DNA of 64,000 nucleotides from NCBI GenBank assembly GCA_963692865.2, contig OY843592.1, forward strand, positions 3,392,001-3,456,000. Direction: 5' to 3'. Below are positions 9,810 through 18,916 of this stretch, in pieces (position 1 is the first letter of the stretch; every line of letters starts with the position of its first letter). The DNA comes from a bacterium (GTDB lineage: Bacteria > UBA8248). The translations under genes and the position numbers were made by a program. Under the pieces are notes generated by a model that saw only the letters and a program-made list of their open reading frames with translations, made no database searches and was not told the DNA's origin.

Positions 9810-11213
9810 CTACTTTTTCTTCGGCGGGGCGTGGATGGCCTCGCCGTGCACGTCCAATGCCGCCTCCATCACGGCTTCCGAGAGCGTGGGGTGGGAATGG
9901 ATGGTGCCGGCCAAGTCCGAGGCGGTGACGTTGTGCCGCATGGCGACGGCGGCCTCGTGCACGATGTCGGCGGCGTGCGCGCCCACGATGTGAACGCCCA
10001 GAATGGCGTCATCGCCCGCGTCGGCGATGACCTTCACCTCCCCTTCCAGCGCGCGTTCGGCCTGCGCCTTGCCCAGGGCGCGGACCGGGAATTTGCCCAC
10101 GCGCACCGCGCGCCCCGCCTTCGTAGCCTCGTGCTCGGCCATTCCGACGACGCCGATCTCGGGATGCGTGAAGATGCCCGCCGGAATCGCGCGGTAATCC
10201 ATCCGTATCTCTGCGCCCATGGCGTTCTCGGCCGCGGCGACGCCCTCCGCGGAGGCCACGTGCGCGAGCATGGGTTCGCCCACCACGTCGCCCGCCGCGT
10301 AGACGCCGGAGACGTTCGTCTCCATCATGTCGTTCACCTTGATTTCGCCGCGGGGCCCGAGCTCGACGCCGATTCGCTCAAGGCCCAGGCCGTCCGTGTT
10401 CATCGTCCGGCCCACGGATACGAGCACCAGATCCGCGCGCTCCTCCTCCTCCGAACCCTCGAAGCCGGCGGCCATCTCGCCCCCATCGCGCGAGACGGAG
10501 GTTATCTTCTCGTTCAGGCGCACCTTGATCTTCTGCTTTCTGAGTTCGCGCGCCATGAGTTTCGAGACGTCCTCGTCTCCCAACGGCAGGACGCGGTCGA
10601 GCAATTCCACCATCGTAACCTCCGCGCCCAGTTCTCTATAGAGACACGCGAACTCACAGCCGATGACGCCCGCGCCCACGATGAGCACTTTATCGGGGAG
10701 TGTTTTCAAGTGAACGGCCTGTTCGGATGAGATGATCCGCTCGCCGTCGATGGGAAAGGCGGGAATCTGCGCGGGCCGCGAACCCGTGGCGATGATGATC
10801 TTGTCGGCGGATATGATCTCGTGCGCCCCGTCTTTTCCGCGCACGGAAATCCTGCCCGTCTCCAGAATCTCGGCCTCGCCCGCCACGTGGCCCACCCCGT
10901 GGGCCTTGAACAGCCCGCCGATTCCGCGCACGAGGCCTGCGACTATCTTGTCCTTGCGCTCGACCATGGCGGCGAGGTCGGCGCGCACCTCGCCGGTGAC
11001 CTCGATGCCGTAGGCGTCCGCGTTCTTGATGTTCCGGTAGACTTCCGCCGCGGCGATCAGGCTCTTGCTCGGGATGCAGCCCCAGTTCAGGCAGGTGCCG
11101 CCCAGTTCGCCGCGTTCGACCACCACGCAGTTTCCCCCGCCCTGGGCGGCGCGCACGCCCGCCACATAGCCCGCCGGGCCGCCTCCGATCACCGCCACGT
11201 CATACGCCGCCAT
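9810..11213 (-). CDS. lpdA: Dihydrolipoyl dehydrogenase
   Basis: GGGPAG, GGTCLNWGCIPSK redox disulfide motif, GAGVIG, HPTLSE. Confidence 0.96.
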   Translation of the reverse strand: MAAYDVAVIGGGPAGYVAGVRAAQGGGNCVVVERGELGGTCLNWGCIPSKSLIAAAEVYRNIKNADAYGIEVTGEVRADLAAMVERKDKIVAGLVRGIGGLFKAHGVGHVAGEAEILETGRISVRGKDGAHEIISADKIIIATGSRPAQIPAFPIDGERIISSEQAVHLKTLPDKVLIVGAGVIGCEFACLYRELGAEVTMVELLDRVLPLGDEDVSKLMARELRKQKIKVRLNEKITSVSRDGGEMAAGFEGSEEEERADLVLVSVGRTMNTDGLGLERIGVELGPRGEIKVNDMMETNVSGVYAAGDVVGEPMLAHVASAEGVAAAENAMGAEIRMDYRAIPAGIFTHPEIGVVGMAEHEATKAGRAVRVGKFPVRALGKAQAERALEGEVKVIADAGDDAILGVHIVGAHAADIVHEAAVAMRHNVTASDLAGTIHSHPTLSEAVMEAALDVHGEAIHAPPKKK

Positions 11214-11317
11214 GCTCCCTCCCTCGGGTGTCGCTGTTCTCGGGCGAGAATTCCCGGCCCATTAGACCAAGGTTCCGCGCTGATGCCAAACGGGGCTGTT
11301 AAAGCCCCCCTGACAAG

Positions 11318-11703
11318 GGATTGTTGAAAAAGCGCCACCTCGCTCAGTCGATTCCTCCCTCATCGGTCGGTATCGAACACCGCCGTCATTCCGGCGAAAG
11401 CCGGAATCCATTCTCAAGCGGAATGACAATGCTTTGTCTTTTCATCTCCTAGTCGTTGGCGAGAAGCAATCAGAAGCCAAAAAACAAAGGCAAAGCAAAT
11501 GGATTCCGCAAACCCTCCCTCCCCGGTCGGGTCTGACATCGGAATGGCGAACAAAACCGCACCGCCTCCTGTAGTGACAGCCCCTCCTCGGGGCTGTCCC
11601 ACAAGTCGCAACCTCGGACAGGCGCAGGGCCTGTCCGCTACAGCCCCCTCCCCGGTCGGCCAACATGCGACGAATCGCGAAACCAGGGCTTTTTCAATAA
11701 CCC
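11318..11703. mobile_element. MITE-like element with ~16-bp terminal inverted repeats
   Basis: ggattgttgaaaaagc ... gctttttcaataaccc; contains cgtcattccggcgaaagccggaatcca and REP-like hairpins; no transposase. Confidence 0.7.
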
Positions 11704-11815
11704 ATTACGGGTGGGGCAGTCTCCAAGTATACAAACTTAACATCAGGCCCAATATGTGCCATGATTTTCAATTCCTTAGTGGCAGGCGTTCGCCTGCTTG
11801 CCGGAGGGCAGGAAG

Positions 11816-12058
11816 ATGAACTCACAGCATGACAAGAACCGGGCTGCATACAACGCCATGAAGGAAGAAATGGAGGCTGAACACTTCGGAAGGGCGGCAT
11901 TGCTCCATGACGGGGAAATTGTGGAAATTTATAACGATAGCGGTGACGCATATGCGATCGGTTGCGAGAAATTCGGTCTTGGCAATTTCTCAATCGAAAA
12001 CATCGGTGAACCGCCGATATCTCTCGGCGTTTTCACCATGTGCCTGCCCAAATCCTAA
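11816..12058 (+). CDS. Small DUF5678-like protein
   Basis: Pattern HFGRAALLHDGEIVEIY...DAY..G.EKFG..FSI; directly upstream of an aspartic protease gene. Confidence 0.65.
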   Translation: MNSQHDKNRAAYNAMKEEMEAEHFGRAALLHDGEIVEIYNDSGDAYAIGCEKFGLGNFSIENIGEPPISLGVFTMCLPKS

Positions 12059-12074
12059 GCCAACAAAACACTAG

Positions 12075-12512
12075 ATGCCTACGTTCCGGGGTCGGGTGGA
12101 AAACAGAGAAGTCTGCCTGTTTGTCGCCATTTCGATCGGGAGCCCGCCATCGGCGCGGACCGAGCCTAAATCTTATCCGGCAATACTGGATACGGGCGCG
12201 CAAGGCACCATGATATCCCAGAAGGTGGTCGATGAAGGAAAACTGTCCAGCATCGGTTTGACCGATATCATCCCCGTCAGCGGGAATCCAATCCAAACCG
12301 AAAAATACAGGGTGAGGGTCGACATCCCGATTGGAGAGCAATTGGAGACATCGGGAGGAGGAACCGGCCCATGGCTCAATCTACGAGGCAAGGAAATCGA
12401 AGTTTCCTTGCTTCCGTTCCAGCCCAATAATTTCGACGTATTGCTCGGCATGGATTTTCTGTCGGAAGTTCACTTTACCATGTACAAGGACGAATTCATC
12501 CTCAGTATTTGA
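12075..12512 (+). CDS. Retropepsin-like (clan AA) aspartic protease
   Basis: AILDTGA catalytic motif and VLLGMDFL. Confidence 0.85.
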   Translation: MPTFRGRVENREVCLFVAISIGSPPSARTEPKSYPAILDTGAQGTMISQKVVDEGKLSSIGLTDIIPVSGNPIQTEKYRVRVDIPIGEQLETSGGGTGPWLNLRGKEIEVSLLPFQPNNFDVLLGMDFLSEVHFTMYKDEFILSI

Positions 12513-12626
12513 TGATCCTTTTGACGAGCGCTTGCCATACGGCTTTGTCCGGTGTGGGGAGGTGACGGCGCTCTTCGATATGGCGATCACTGCTCCTCGC
12601 TTTGCTCCTGTCCAAGTCGCAGGATA

Positions 12627-12741
12627 CGCCTCCGATCACCGCCGCTTCATACGCCGCCATGTTTCCTCCTTTGAATAAGGCGATCCAAGAACCGAAACCC
12701 AAGCCCATTAGACCAAGGTTCCGCCCCGATGCCGAATGGGG
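12627..12741 (-). pseudogene. Duplicated lpdA promoter and first 11 codons
   Basis: Encodes MAAYEAAVIGG vs lpdA MAAYDVAVIGG; gcccattagaccaaggttccgc is shared with 11257-11278. Confidence 0.8.
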
Positions 12742-12795
12742 GGAGGGATTCAGACTAAATCCACTCGGAAGCAACCTTGACAAGGAAAACTGAAT

Positions 12796-12809
12796 AATGT
12801 AGCTACAAT
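12796..12809 (+). promoter_or_regulatory. Palindromic operator / -10 box of the antitoxin gene
   Basis: TGTAGCTACA palindrome overlapping TACAAT. Confidence 0.55.
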
Positions 12810-12836
12810 GAGGCTACACGCAAAGGGGGACGCTAT

Positions 12837-13094
12837 ATGCCGACGGATACAGTCGTACGCGCCCGAATCGACAGCGAGACCAAGGCCCGCGCCACCGAGG
12901 CGCTGAACGCCATGGGCCTTTCGGTTTCCGATGCGATTCGCCTGCTCATGATGCGCGTGGCGGAGGAGCGAAGGCTGCCCTTCGTCGTCCGCGCGCCGAA
13001 TCCCGCCACCCGCAAGGCGATGAAAGAACTCGACGAGGGCAAGGGGGAGCGCTTCGACAGCGCCGAGGAATTGTTCGAGGATCTGGGCACCTAG
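12837..13094 (+). CDS. dinJ: RelB/DinJ family antitoxin (no adjacent toxin)
   Basis: VVRARID...A..AL..MGLSVSDAIRL...LPF...PN..TRKAM..L. Confidence 0.9.
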   Translation: MPTDTVVRARIDSETKARATEALNAMGLSVSDAIRLLMMRVAEERRLPFVVRAPNPATRKAMKELDEGKGERFDSAEELFEDLGT

Positions 13095-13224
13095 TTTAAT
13101 ACTTGCTTCCACTCCCTTCCTTTGAAGAAATGTATCCCCAAAGAGACCGATTACGCTTTACGATAGATCGCAGAATGCGTCATTCTTCGGGTGGTCTGCT
13201 TGGGTCCAGTAAAGGAGAACCTGA

Positions 13225-14529
13225 ATGCCGTGCGCTGGGATTAAAGTAAATTCGGGCGATTCGTTTACCATTATCCCGTGTCAGTTTTCATCTAATTATC
13301 CAGAAAATGAGTTGATGGAAGTGGACGGCAAACAATTGTGCCACTTTCACGCACCGCTTGAAGATAACAGCGGCAATCTCACAGAAAAGGGAAAATGGAG
13401 GCAAGATAAAAATCAGAAATTTTATGCGGAAATCTCGGAATTGCGAGAAAAACTCCTAAATTCAGCAGACGATCAAGTATTAGATTTAAGTGGTATTGTT
13501 TTTCCCGGTTATGTGAATTTTCAAGGACAAAAATTTCCTGAAGTTGATTTTTCTAATGCCCGATTCAGTGGTGTTTATGCCAATTTCAAAGGCGCTATCT
13601 TCAAGGGATATGCCAAATTTCACCAGGCTATTTTCAGCGTTCATGCGGAATTTCGAAACGCCACATTCGAAAAGGACGCGGACTTTTTTTCTGCACAATT
13701 CAAAAAAAAAGCTGAATTCCGCTGCACCAAATTCATGGGTGGAGACGCTGATTTTCGAAAAACCGAATTCAACGAGCAGACAGACTTCAAAAATGCCTAT
13801 TTCAAAGAAAACGCTTATTTCACTTCTAAAGGAAATAGCAATCATGCAAATTCTTTTCAAGACGTGGTTGATTTTTCTGGTGCAAAATTTCTTTGTAAAG
13901 CTATTTTTGACAATCGAAAATTTCTACAAGAAACCATCTTCAAAAATTGCACCTTCCATAAAGCACCTCGTTTTCATAACTGTCAGCTTCACCAGGATAC
14001 AAATTTCACGGACGCGGATTTTCGGGACACGAAAAGCGACAAGGCGATTGGTGCATATCAAACGCTGAAACTGGACATGGAGGAAAAAAGGGCGCGGCAG
14101 GAGCAGTTGATGTTTTACGCCCTAGAGATGAAGAGCAGGCGGCATACGGAAAAAAAGAAGCTGGTCAAATTCCTTTCATGGCTATACGAGGTAACGTCCG
14201 ATTACGGACAAAGCATTTCTCGCCCATTGCTATGGCTGGGAGGTTCTTATTTAATTTTCGCGACTATTTACACAATCTTTTTCAACGAACTTCTCATAGA
14301 ACGCTTGGTAAATGCAGATAATTTGCATTTATTTTTTAGCTTTAGTCTGGAGCAGATTATTCGCCCATTCGGCGCGTTGGATTCTTCTTCATTGTCCGAG
14401 TTTCTCAAAAAAGTTTGCTCTCCAAATCTTTTGACCCTGCGCCTCATCGCAGGTCTTCAATCGCTCTTGAGTCTCTTGCTTCTGCTCCTGAGCGCTCTCG
14501 CTGCGCGCTGGCGCTTCAAGATCGGGTGA
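13225..14529 (+). CDS. Pentapeptide-repeat protein with C-terminal membrane domain
   Basis: Repeated F.xA.F units; TSDYGQSISRP followed by hydrophobic helices; markedly A+T-rich. Confidence 0.85.
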   Translation: MPCAGIKVNSGDSFTIIPCQFSSNYPENELMEVDGKQLCHFHAPLEDNSGNLTEKGKWRQDKNQKFYAEISELREKLLNSADDQVLDLSGIVFPGYVNFQGQKFPEVDFSNARFSGVYANFKGAIFKGYAKFHQAIFSVHAEFRNATFEKDADFFSAQFKKKAEFRCTKFMGGDADFRKTEFNEQTDFKNAYFKENAYFTSKGNSNHANSFQDVVDFSGAKFLCKAIFDNRKFLQETIFKNCTFHKAPRFHNCQLHQDTNFTDADFRDTKSDKAIGAYQTLKLDMEEKRARQEQLMFYALEMKSRRHTEKKKLVKFLSWLYEVTSDYGQSISRPLLWLGGSYLIFATIYTIFFNELLIERLVNADNLHLFFSFSLEQIIRPFGALDSSSLSEFLKKVCSPNLLTLRLIAGLQSLLSLLLLLLSALAARWRFKIG

Positions 14530-14560
14530 GGAAGCGGGACAGATGCGGAACAACTACCCC

Positions 14561-14599
14561 GCCGCCGGCATTGCGAAACACATTCTGGAGCACATGTAG
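14561..14599 (+). pseudogene. Probable 3' remnant of three-Cys-motif partner (TcmP) gene
   Basis: Reads ...IAKHILEHM* and ends 2 nt before the DUF5131 ATG, the usual partner position. Confidence 0.5.
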
Positions 14600-14601
14600 T
14601 T

Positions 14602-15342
14602 ATGTCCACGATTTCCAGCATCGAATGGACCGAGATGACATGGAACCCGGTGACCGGCTGCACGAAGATCAGCCCCGGATGCAAGCACTGCTACGCCGAG
14701 AGGATGTCGAAACGGCTACAGGCCATGGGAATGAATAAATACAAAAACGGATTTTCCATAGCCACCCACGATTCATCTCTCGATGAACCATTGAGGTGGA
14801 AGAAACCGCGCCTCGTCTTCGTCAACTCCATGTCCGATCTGTTTCACAAGTCAGTGCCGTCCGGTTTCATCGAGTCCGTTTTCGAGGTGATGAACCGCGC
14901 GCCTCGGCACACGTTTCAGGTACTCACCAAGCGGCCGAACCGCGCCGCTCTGCTCGGCAGGAGGCTGAACTGGACGCCCAACATCTGGCTCGGCGCGAGC
15001 ATCGAATCCGAAAAATGGCTCGGGCGTCTCGCGCCGCTCAGGGCAACCGGCGCGCGGACGAAGTTCCTCTCCCTCGAACCCCTGCTCGGCCCCTTGCCAA
15101 GCTTGAATTTGACGGGCATCGACTGGGTGATCGTCGGTGGGGAGTCCGGGCCGGGCGCGAGGCCGATGGAGCCGGACTGGGTGAGGGAGATTCGCGACAA
15201 CTGCGTACACAGCGGCACGCCCTTTTTCTTCAAGCAATGGGGCGGCGTATTCAAGAAAAAGACGGGCCGTGTGCTCGACGACAGAACGTGGGACGAAATG
15301 CCGGAGGCGGCGCGATTGCGCACGGACGAGACATGCGGATAA
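14602..15342 (+). CDS. DUF5131 (phage Gp37/Gp68) radical-SAM-like protein
   Basis: [61 protein letters not shown]. Confidence 0.93.
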   Translation: MSTISSIEWTEMTWNPVTGCTKISPGCKHCYAERMSKRLQAMGMNKYKNGFSIATHDSSLDEPLRWKKPRLVFVNSMSDLFHKSVPSGFIESVFEVMNRAPRHTFQVLTKRPNRAALLGRRLNWTPNIWLGASIESEKWLGRLAPLRATGARTKFLSLEPLLGPLPSLNLTGIDWVIVGGESGPGARPMEPDWVREIRDNCVHSGTPFFFKQWGGVFKKKTGRVLDDRTWDEMPEAARLRTDETCG

Positions 15343-15355
15343 TCCAACACCCGCC

Positions 15356-15859
15356 CTAACCCCCGAACACGTCCCTCAACTCCGATATCCTGAGCAACAG
15401 CATGAGCGGCTCGCGATCCGAGAACGCGCGGAAGCCGAAGCGCTCGTAAAAATTCCCGGCTCTCTCATCGAGCGCCTGGACGATGACGGCGCGCGCGCCG
15501 ATGAGGTCCACCGCCGCCAGGGCTCTCCGGCATGCGTCTCCGATCAGATCGCCGCCCAGACCCCTGCCCTGATAGTCCAAATCCACCGCGAGCTGTCCGA
15601 GAAGGATCACCGGAATCGGTTCGGGCATGTTTCTGCCGACGCGAGAGGAAACCCGCCGCCTCTCCACCGAGCCGGCAGCGAGGCTGTAAAAGGCGACCAC
15701 GCGCCCGCTCTCGCATACGACATACGTCCGCGCGCCGCCCTTCGACTCGTTCAGCCTGCTCTTGCTTTTCAGCCAGGCGTCGAGGCTCCGCGCGCCGGAG
15801 TCGAACCGCGATACGTCGTGGTGCGCGCCCAGCGGCTCGGGCCCCGTCAACTCTCCCAC
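15356..15859 (-). CDS. GNAT acetyltransferase toxin (TacT/AtaT-like)
   Basis: FDSG..SLDAWL, PEPIPVILLGQLAVD..YQGRGLG, FYERFGF. Confidence 0.9.
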   Translation of the reverse strand: MGELTGPEPLGAHHDVSRFDSGARSLDAWLKSKSRLNESKGGARTYVVCESGRVVAFYSLAAGSVERRRVSSRVGRNMPEPIPVILLGQLAVDLDYQGRGLGGDLIGDACRRALAAVDLIGARAVIVQALDERAGNFYERFGFRAFSDREPLMLLLRISELRDVFGG

Positions 15860-16104
15860 AGCGGCCTGCGCATGAGGCGCTCGCGCAACCGGTCGTTTGG
15901 TTCGGCGGGCGCTTCGAGGGCCGCCAGAAACGCATCGAAGGCTTCATCGTCGAGCGCGATGACGGGCCGCTCGTTCAGCGTCTCTATCGCCGCCGCCTCG
16001 CTCGCCCTGAGCACGAACTCGGTGCGCGTGACGCCCCGAATCTCCGCGGCCCTGTCAATAAGCGCCAGGCGTTCGTCTTTCACCCTGAGATTCATCTGGC
16101 CCAT
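15847..16104 (-). CDS. DUF1778 RHH antitoxin (TacA-like)
   Basis: NLRV...LIDRAA..G.TRTEFVL...F..F.AAL..P..PN.RL. Confidence 0.9.
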   Translation of the reverse strand: MGQMNLRVKDERLALIDRAAEIRGVTRTEFVLRASEAAAIETLNERPVIALDDEAFDAFLAALEAPAEPNDRLRERLMRRPLWES

Positions 16105-16150
16105 TCACCGCCTCTCCCGGTTGCTGGACATGGATTTGCGCAACCCTTGA

Positions 16151-16179
16151 TGTATAGCGTTTGCATATACGATTGTCAA
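16151..16179 (-). promoter_or_regulatory. Sigma70-type promoter of the GNAT TA operon with overlapping palindrome
   Basis: TTGACA-17 bp-TATACA on minus strand; GTATA..TATAC inverted repeat. Confidence 0.65.
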
Positions 16180-16225
16180 GACATATCGCCCCTCGCCTCT
16201 TGAATCGAAACCAACCCACTGGCAA

Positions 16226-16469
16226 GGGGTTGTTGAAAAAGCTATCCCTCTCGCATCAACCACGTTTTACCCGTAGGTCAGACATATATGTCTGACATAT
16301 CATGCGGCCCGGCTTTTTTCGCCTCTCCGGCGGCGGGCCGCATGATATGCGGCCCCTACAGTCAAACCCAATCGGCAAGGAAACATGGACAGGCACGGGG
16401 GCCTGTCCCTACGGCTAACGCGGCTTTGTCCGTCATTCCGGCTTGCGTCGGAATGACGGACAAAGCCGC
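16226..16469. repeat. MITE-like/REP composite element
   Basis: Starts ggggttgttgaaaaagc; GTAG...CTAC pair 16273-16359; REP-like 16387-16412; perfect 21-bp stem 16420-16469; right end unclear. Confidence 0.75.
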
Positions 16470-16619
16470 AAACGCTCCCCACTGGGCGACAATGCCTGTT
16501 AAGGAGGGAGTAATTGTAAACATGCGTAGCGTGACCTTGAAGAAATCCCCTCTCCACTCGACACCATCTCCATCAAAATATATATTATAGATATAATCTT
16601 TTGAGAGGAGGATAATTGC

Positions 16620-16859
16620 ATGGGTGCGAAATCGCACATCGCCAAATGGGGCGACAGCCTGGCCGTCCGCATCCCGAAGCCCATCGCCGAGCAATGGGGC
16701 GTCCGGGAAGGTTCGGCCATCGAGATGAGCGCGCGCGGCGACCGGGTGGTGATGCGCAAGAGAGGCTACCGGCTGGCCGACATGCTCGCCGAGATGAACG
16801 CGGACAACCTCCACGCCGAACAGGACGCCGGCACGGCGCAGGGCGCCGAGGCGTGGTAG
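16620..16859 (+). CDS. mazE: AbrB/MazE antitoxin
   Basis: IAKWGDSLAVRIPK; Y.LADML; G.E.W end. Confidence 0.9.
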   Translation: MGAKSHIAKWGDSLAVRIPKPIAEQWGVREGSAIEMSARGDRVVMRKRGYRLADMLAEMNADNLHAEQDAGTAQGAEAW

Positions 16860-17218
16860 CGAGACGGGAAGTTACCGGCGCGGACTACGTTCCGGGCAGA
16901 GGCGACGTCGTCTGGCTATCCTTCACCCCCCAGGCCGGACACGAGCAGGCGGGCCGCCGCCCCGCGCTGGTCGTCAGCCCGCGAAGCTATAACGAGAAGA
17001 GCAGTCTGGCGCTGTTCTGCCCCATCACTTCGAGAGCCAAGGGCTATCCCTTCGAGGCGGCGCTGCCCGCCGATGGCCCGGTCACGGGCGTGGTTCTCGC
17101 CGATCAGGTGAAGAGCCTCGACTGGCGGGCCAGAGGCGCGCGCCTGGCGTCCAAAGCTCCGCCGCGCGTGGTGGGCGAAGCGCTGGAAAAACTGGCCGTC
17201 CTCCTGGAGCAGGACTGA
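16853..17218 (+). CDS. mazF: MazF endoribonuclease toxin
   Basis: YVP.RGDVVWLSF.PQAGHEQAGRRPALVVSP..YN, CPITS, GYPFE, DQVKSLDW; GTG overlaps mazE. Confidence 0.93.
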   Translation: MVARREVTGADYVPGRGDVVWLSFTPQAGHEQAGRRPALVVSPRSYNEKSSLALFCPITSRAKGYPFEAALPADGPVTGVVLADQVKSLDWRARGARLASKAPPRVVGEALEKLAVLLEQD

Positions 17219-17257
17219 GGCGGGCGCATCTGCGATAATCCATCGACGAGCGGATTA

Positions 17258-17266
17258 TGCTATAAT
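17258..17266 (+). promoter_or_regulatory. Extended -10 promoter
   Basis: TGCTATAAT about 60 bp upstream of the ATG at 17329. Confidence 0.5.
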
Positions 17267-17328
17267 CGCGGGAAACGAAAACCGCGCGCCGCTCCGCCCT
17301 GTCGGCGCAGCCTCTTCGGGGATACGAC

Positions 17329-18255
17329 ATGAAAGAAGGCATGAGACCCGGCGACCGCCTGCCCTATTCGGCCATCATCGATCGCAAGCCGCTCAAACTT
17401 CCCGAAGGCGCGCGCCTGGCGCTCTGGCCCGTCCTGGCGCTGGAGGTGTGGGACATCGTGCGGCCCATGGCGCGCATGGTGATACCCCCGCCCCAGGGGA
17501 CGCCGATGCTCCCCGATCATCCCAACTGGAGCTGGCACGAATACGGGATGCGGGTCGGCGTGTGGCGCATCAAGCGCATGCTCGACGATCTGGGCGTGCG
17601 CCCGACGGTGACGCTGAACGCCCGCACCTGCCTGGAGTATCCGCGCGTCGCCGGTGCGTGCCTGGAAGCGGGCTGGGAGTTCAACGCCCACTCCTACGAG
17701 CAGGTGCCGATGCACAAGCTCGACGACGAGCGCGCGACCATCGACAAGTGCATGGGCATCATCACGGATTTCTGCGGCAAGAGGCCGCGCGGCTGGTTCG
17801 GACCGGGGTTGACCCAGACGTATAAGACGCTGGATCTGCTCGCCGAGGCCGGTATCGAATACATCGGCGACTGGGTGCTCGACGACCAGCCGGTGCACGT
17901 GAAGACGACGGCCGGCAAGTCGGTCGTGGCGCTGCCCTACAACTACGAGCTCCACGACATCGTGAGCATGGCGATCCAGTATCACGAGTCCCGGGTCTTC
18001 CGCGACCGCGCGATTGATTACTTCGAGACCGTTTACGCCGAAAGCCACGAATCCACCAAGGTAATGTCGGTCGCCATGCACCCCTACCTCTCGGGTTCGC
18101 CGCACCGGATCAAATACGTGCGCGAGACCTTCGAGCATATCCTCTCCAAGCCGGGGGTGGTTTGCTGGGACGGCGAGCAGATTCTCGACTGGTTCCTGAA
18201 AGAACGCCCGGCGCCGAAACCCCGCAGGAGCCGCGCCGGGAGGAAAAGTACCTAG
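17329..18255 (+). CDS. Polysaccharide deacetylase family protein (PuuE allantoinase-like)
   Basis: WHEYGMRVGVWR, RPRGWFGPG, DDQP, MHPYLSG.PHR. Confidence 0.88.
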   Translation: MKEGMRPGDRLPYSAIIDRKPLKLPEGARLALWPVLALEVWDIVRPMARMVIPPPQGTPMLPDHPNWSWHEYGMRVGVWRIKRMLDDLGVRPTVTLNARTCLEYPRVAGACLEAGWEFNAHSYEQVPMHKLDDERATIDKCMGIITDFCGKRPRGWFGPGLTQTYKTLDLLAEAGIEYIGDWVLDDQPVHVKTTAGKSVVALPYNYELHDIVSMAIQYHESRVFRDRAIDYFETVYAESHESTKVMSVAMHPYLSGSPHRIKYVRETFEHILSKPGVVCWDGEQILDWFLKERPAPKPRRSRAGRKST

Positions 18256-18916
18256 CCCGACGACGACGCGGTCCGGCGCCAGTCGCCCGCAGCGTCGCCG
18301 AACCGGCCTGCCGGGAGCGCCCGGAAACCGAAGCGCTCATGGAGGCTTCTCGTCCGTTTCTCCCTCGAAGAAGGTTTCTTTCCGGCGACGCCGCCGAAAG
18401 ATACGCCGAAAGACACGCCATTCACGGACACGGCGGATACGCGGGGGGAGGCGTCTTTGGGGCGAACGCCCGGCAATCTCCGCGCCGCCCCGGCCGCTCG
18501 AACCACGCATTTCCCCGCAGTTGCGGGTTCCGGGGCGGCGTATCATTCTCCCGCTCGACGCGACGCCGATCCGGGAACCGCCCCGCGAGAATCCCCCGTC
18601 GCGCCGTCCGGGCGCGCGGGAGAGGGCGTCACCGGGACGGGCGCCGGGCGGCGAAATCGAGACGAATCAATTCTGAAAAATAAGATAAAATTGGATAAAT
18701 TCACGACGTTTTTCGATAAATTTCCGGCGTTTTTCCCGGGGCGTCCGGGGCGTTCTCGGGGGCGTTCTCGCGCGATGCAGGCGCCCCGGCCGGCGGCTCC
18801 GCAATCCGGGTTCAGGCGCCCCGGCGCCGATCGGAGGGCGCGCCGCCGCTTCCGGATGCGAGGCGGCGGGAGACGGCGGGGCGGTTTTCGGCCGCCGTTT
18901 CCCCCTCTCGCGCCGG

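Noticed and set aside
16500-16590. AAGGAGG followed by a short ORF
   Set aside because: Spacing to the ATG is too long and the product is short and unrecognisable; at most a remnant
11800-17220. Integron cassette array
   Set aside because: No convincing attC sites, mixed gene orientations and no intI
18256-18900. ORFs in the GC-rich gap before nrdJ
   Set aside because: Low-complexity Arg/Pro/Gly translations in all frames with no coherent RBS or motif
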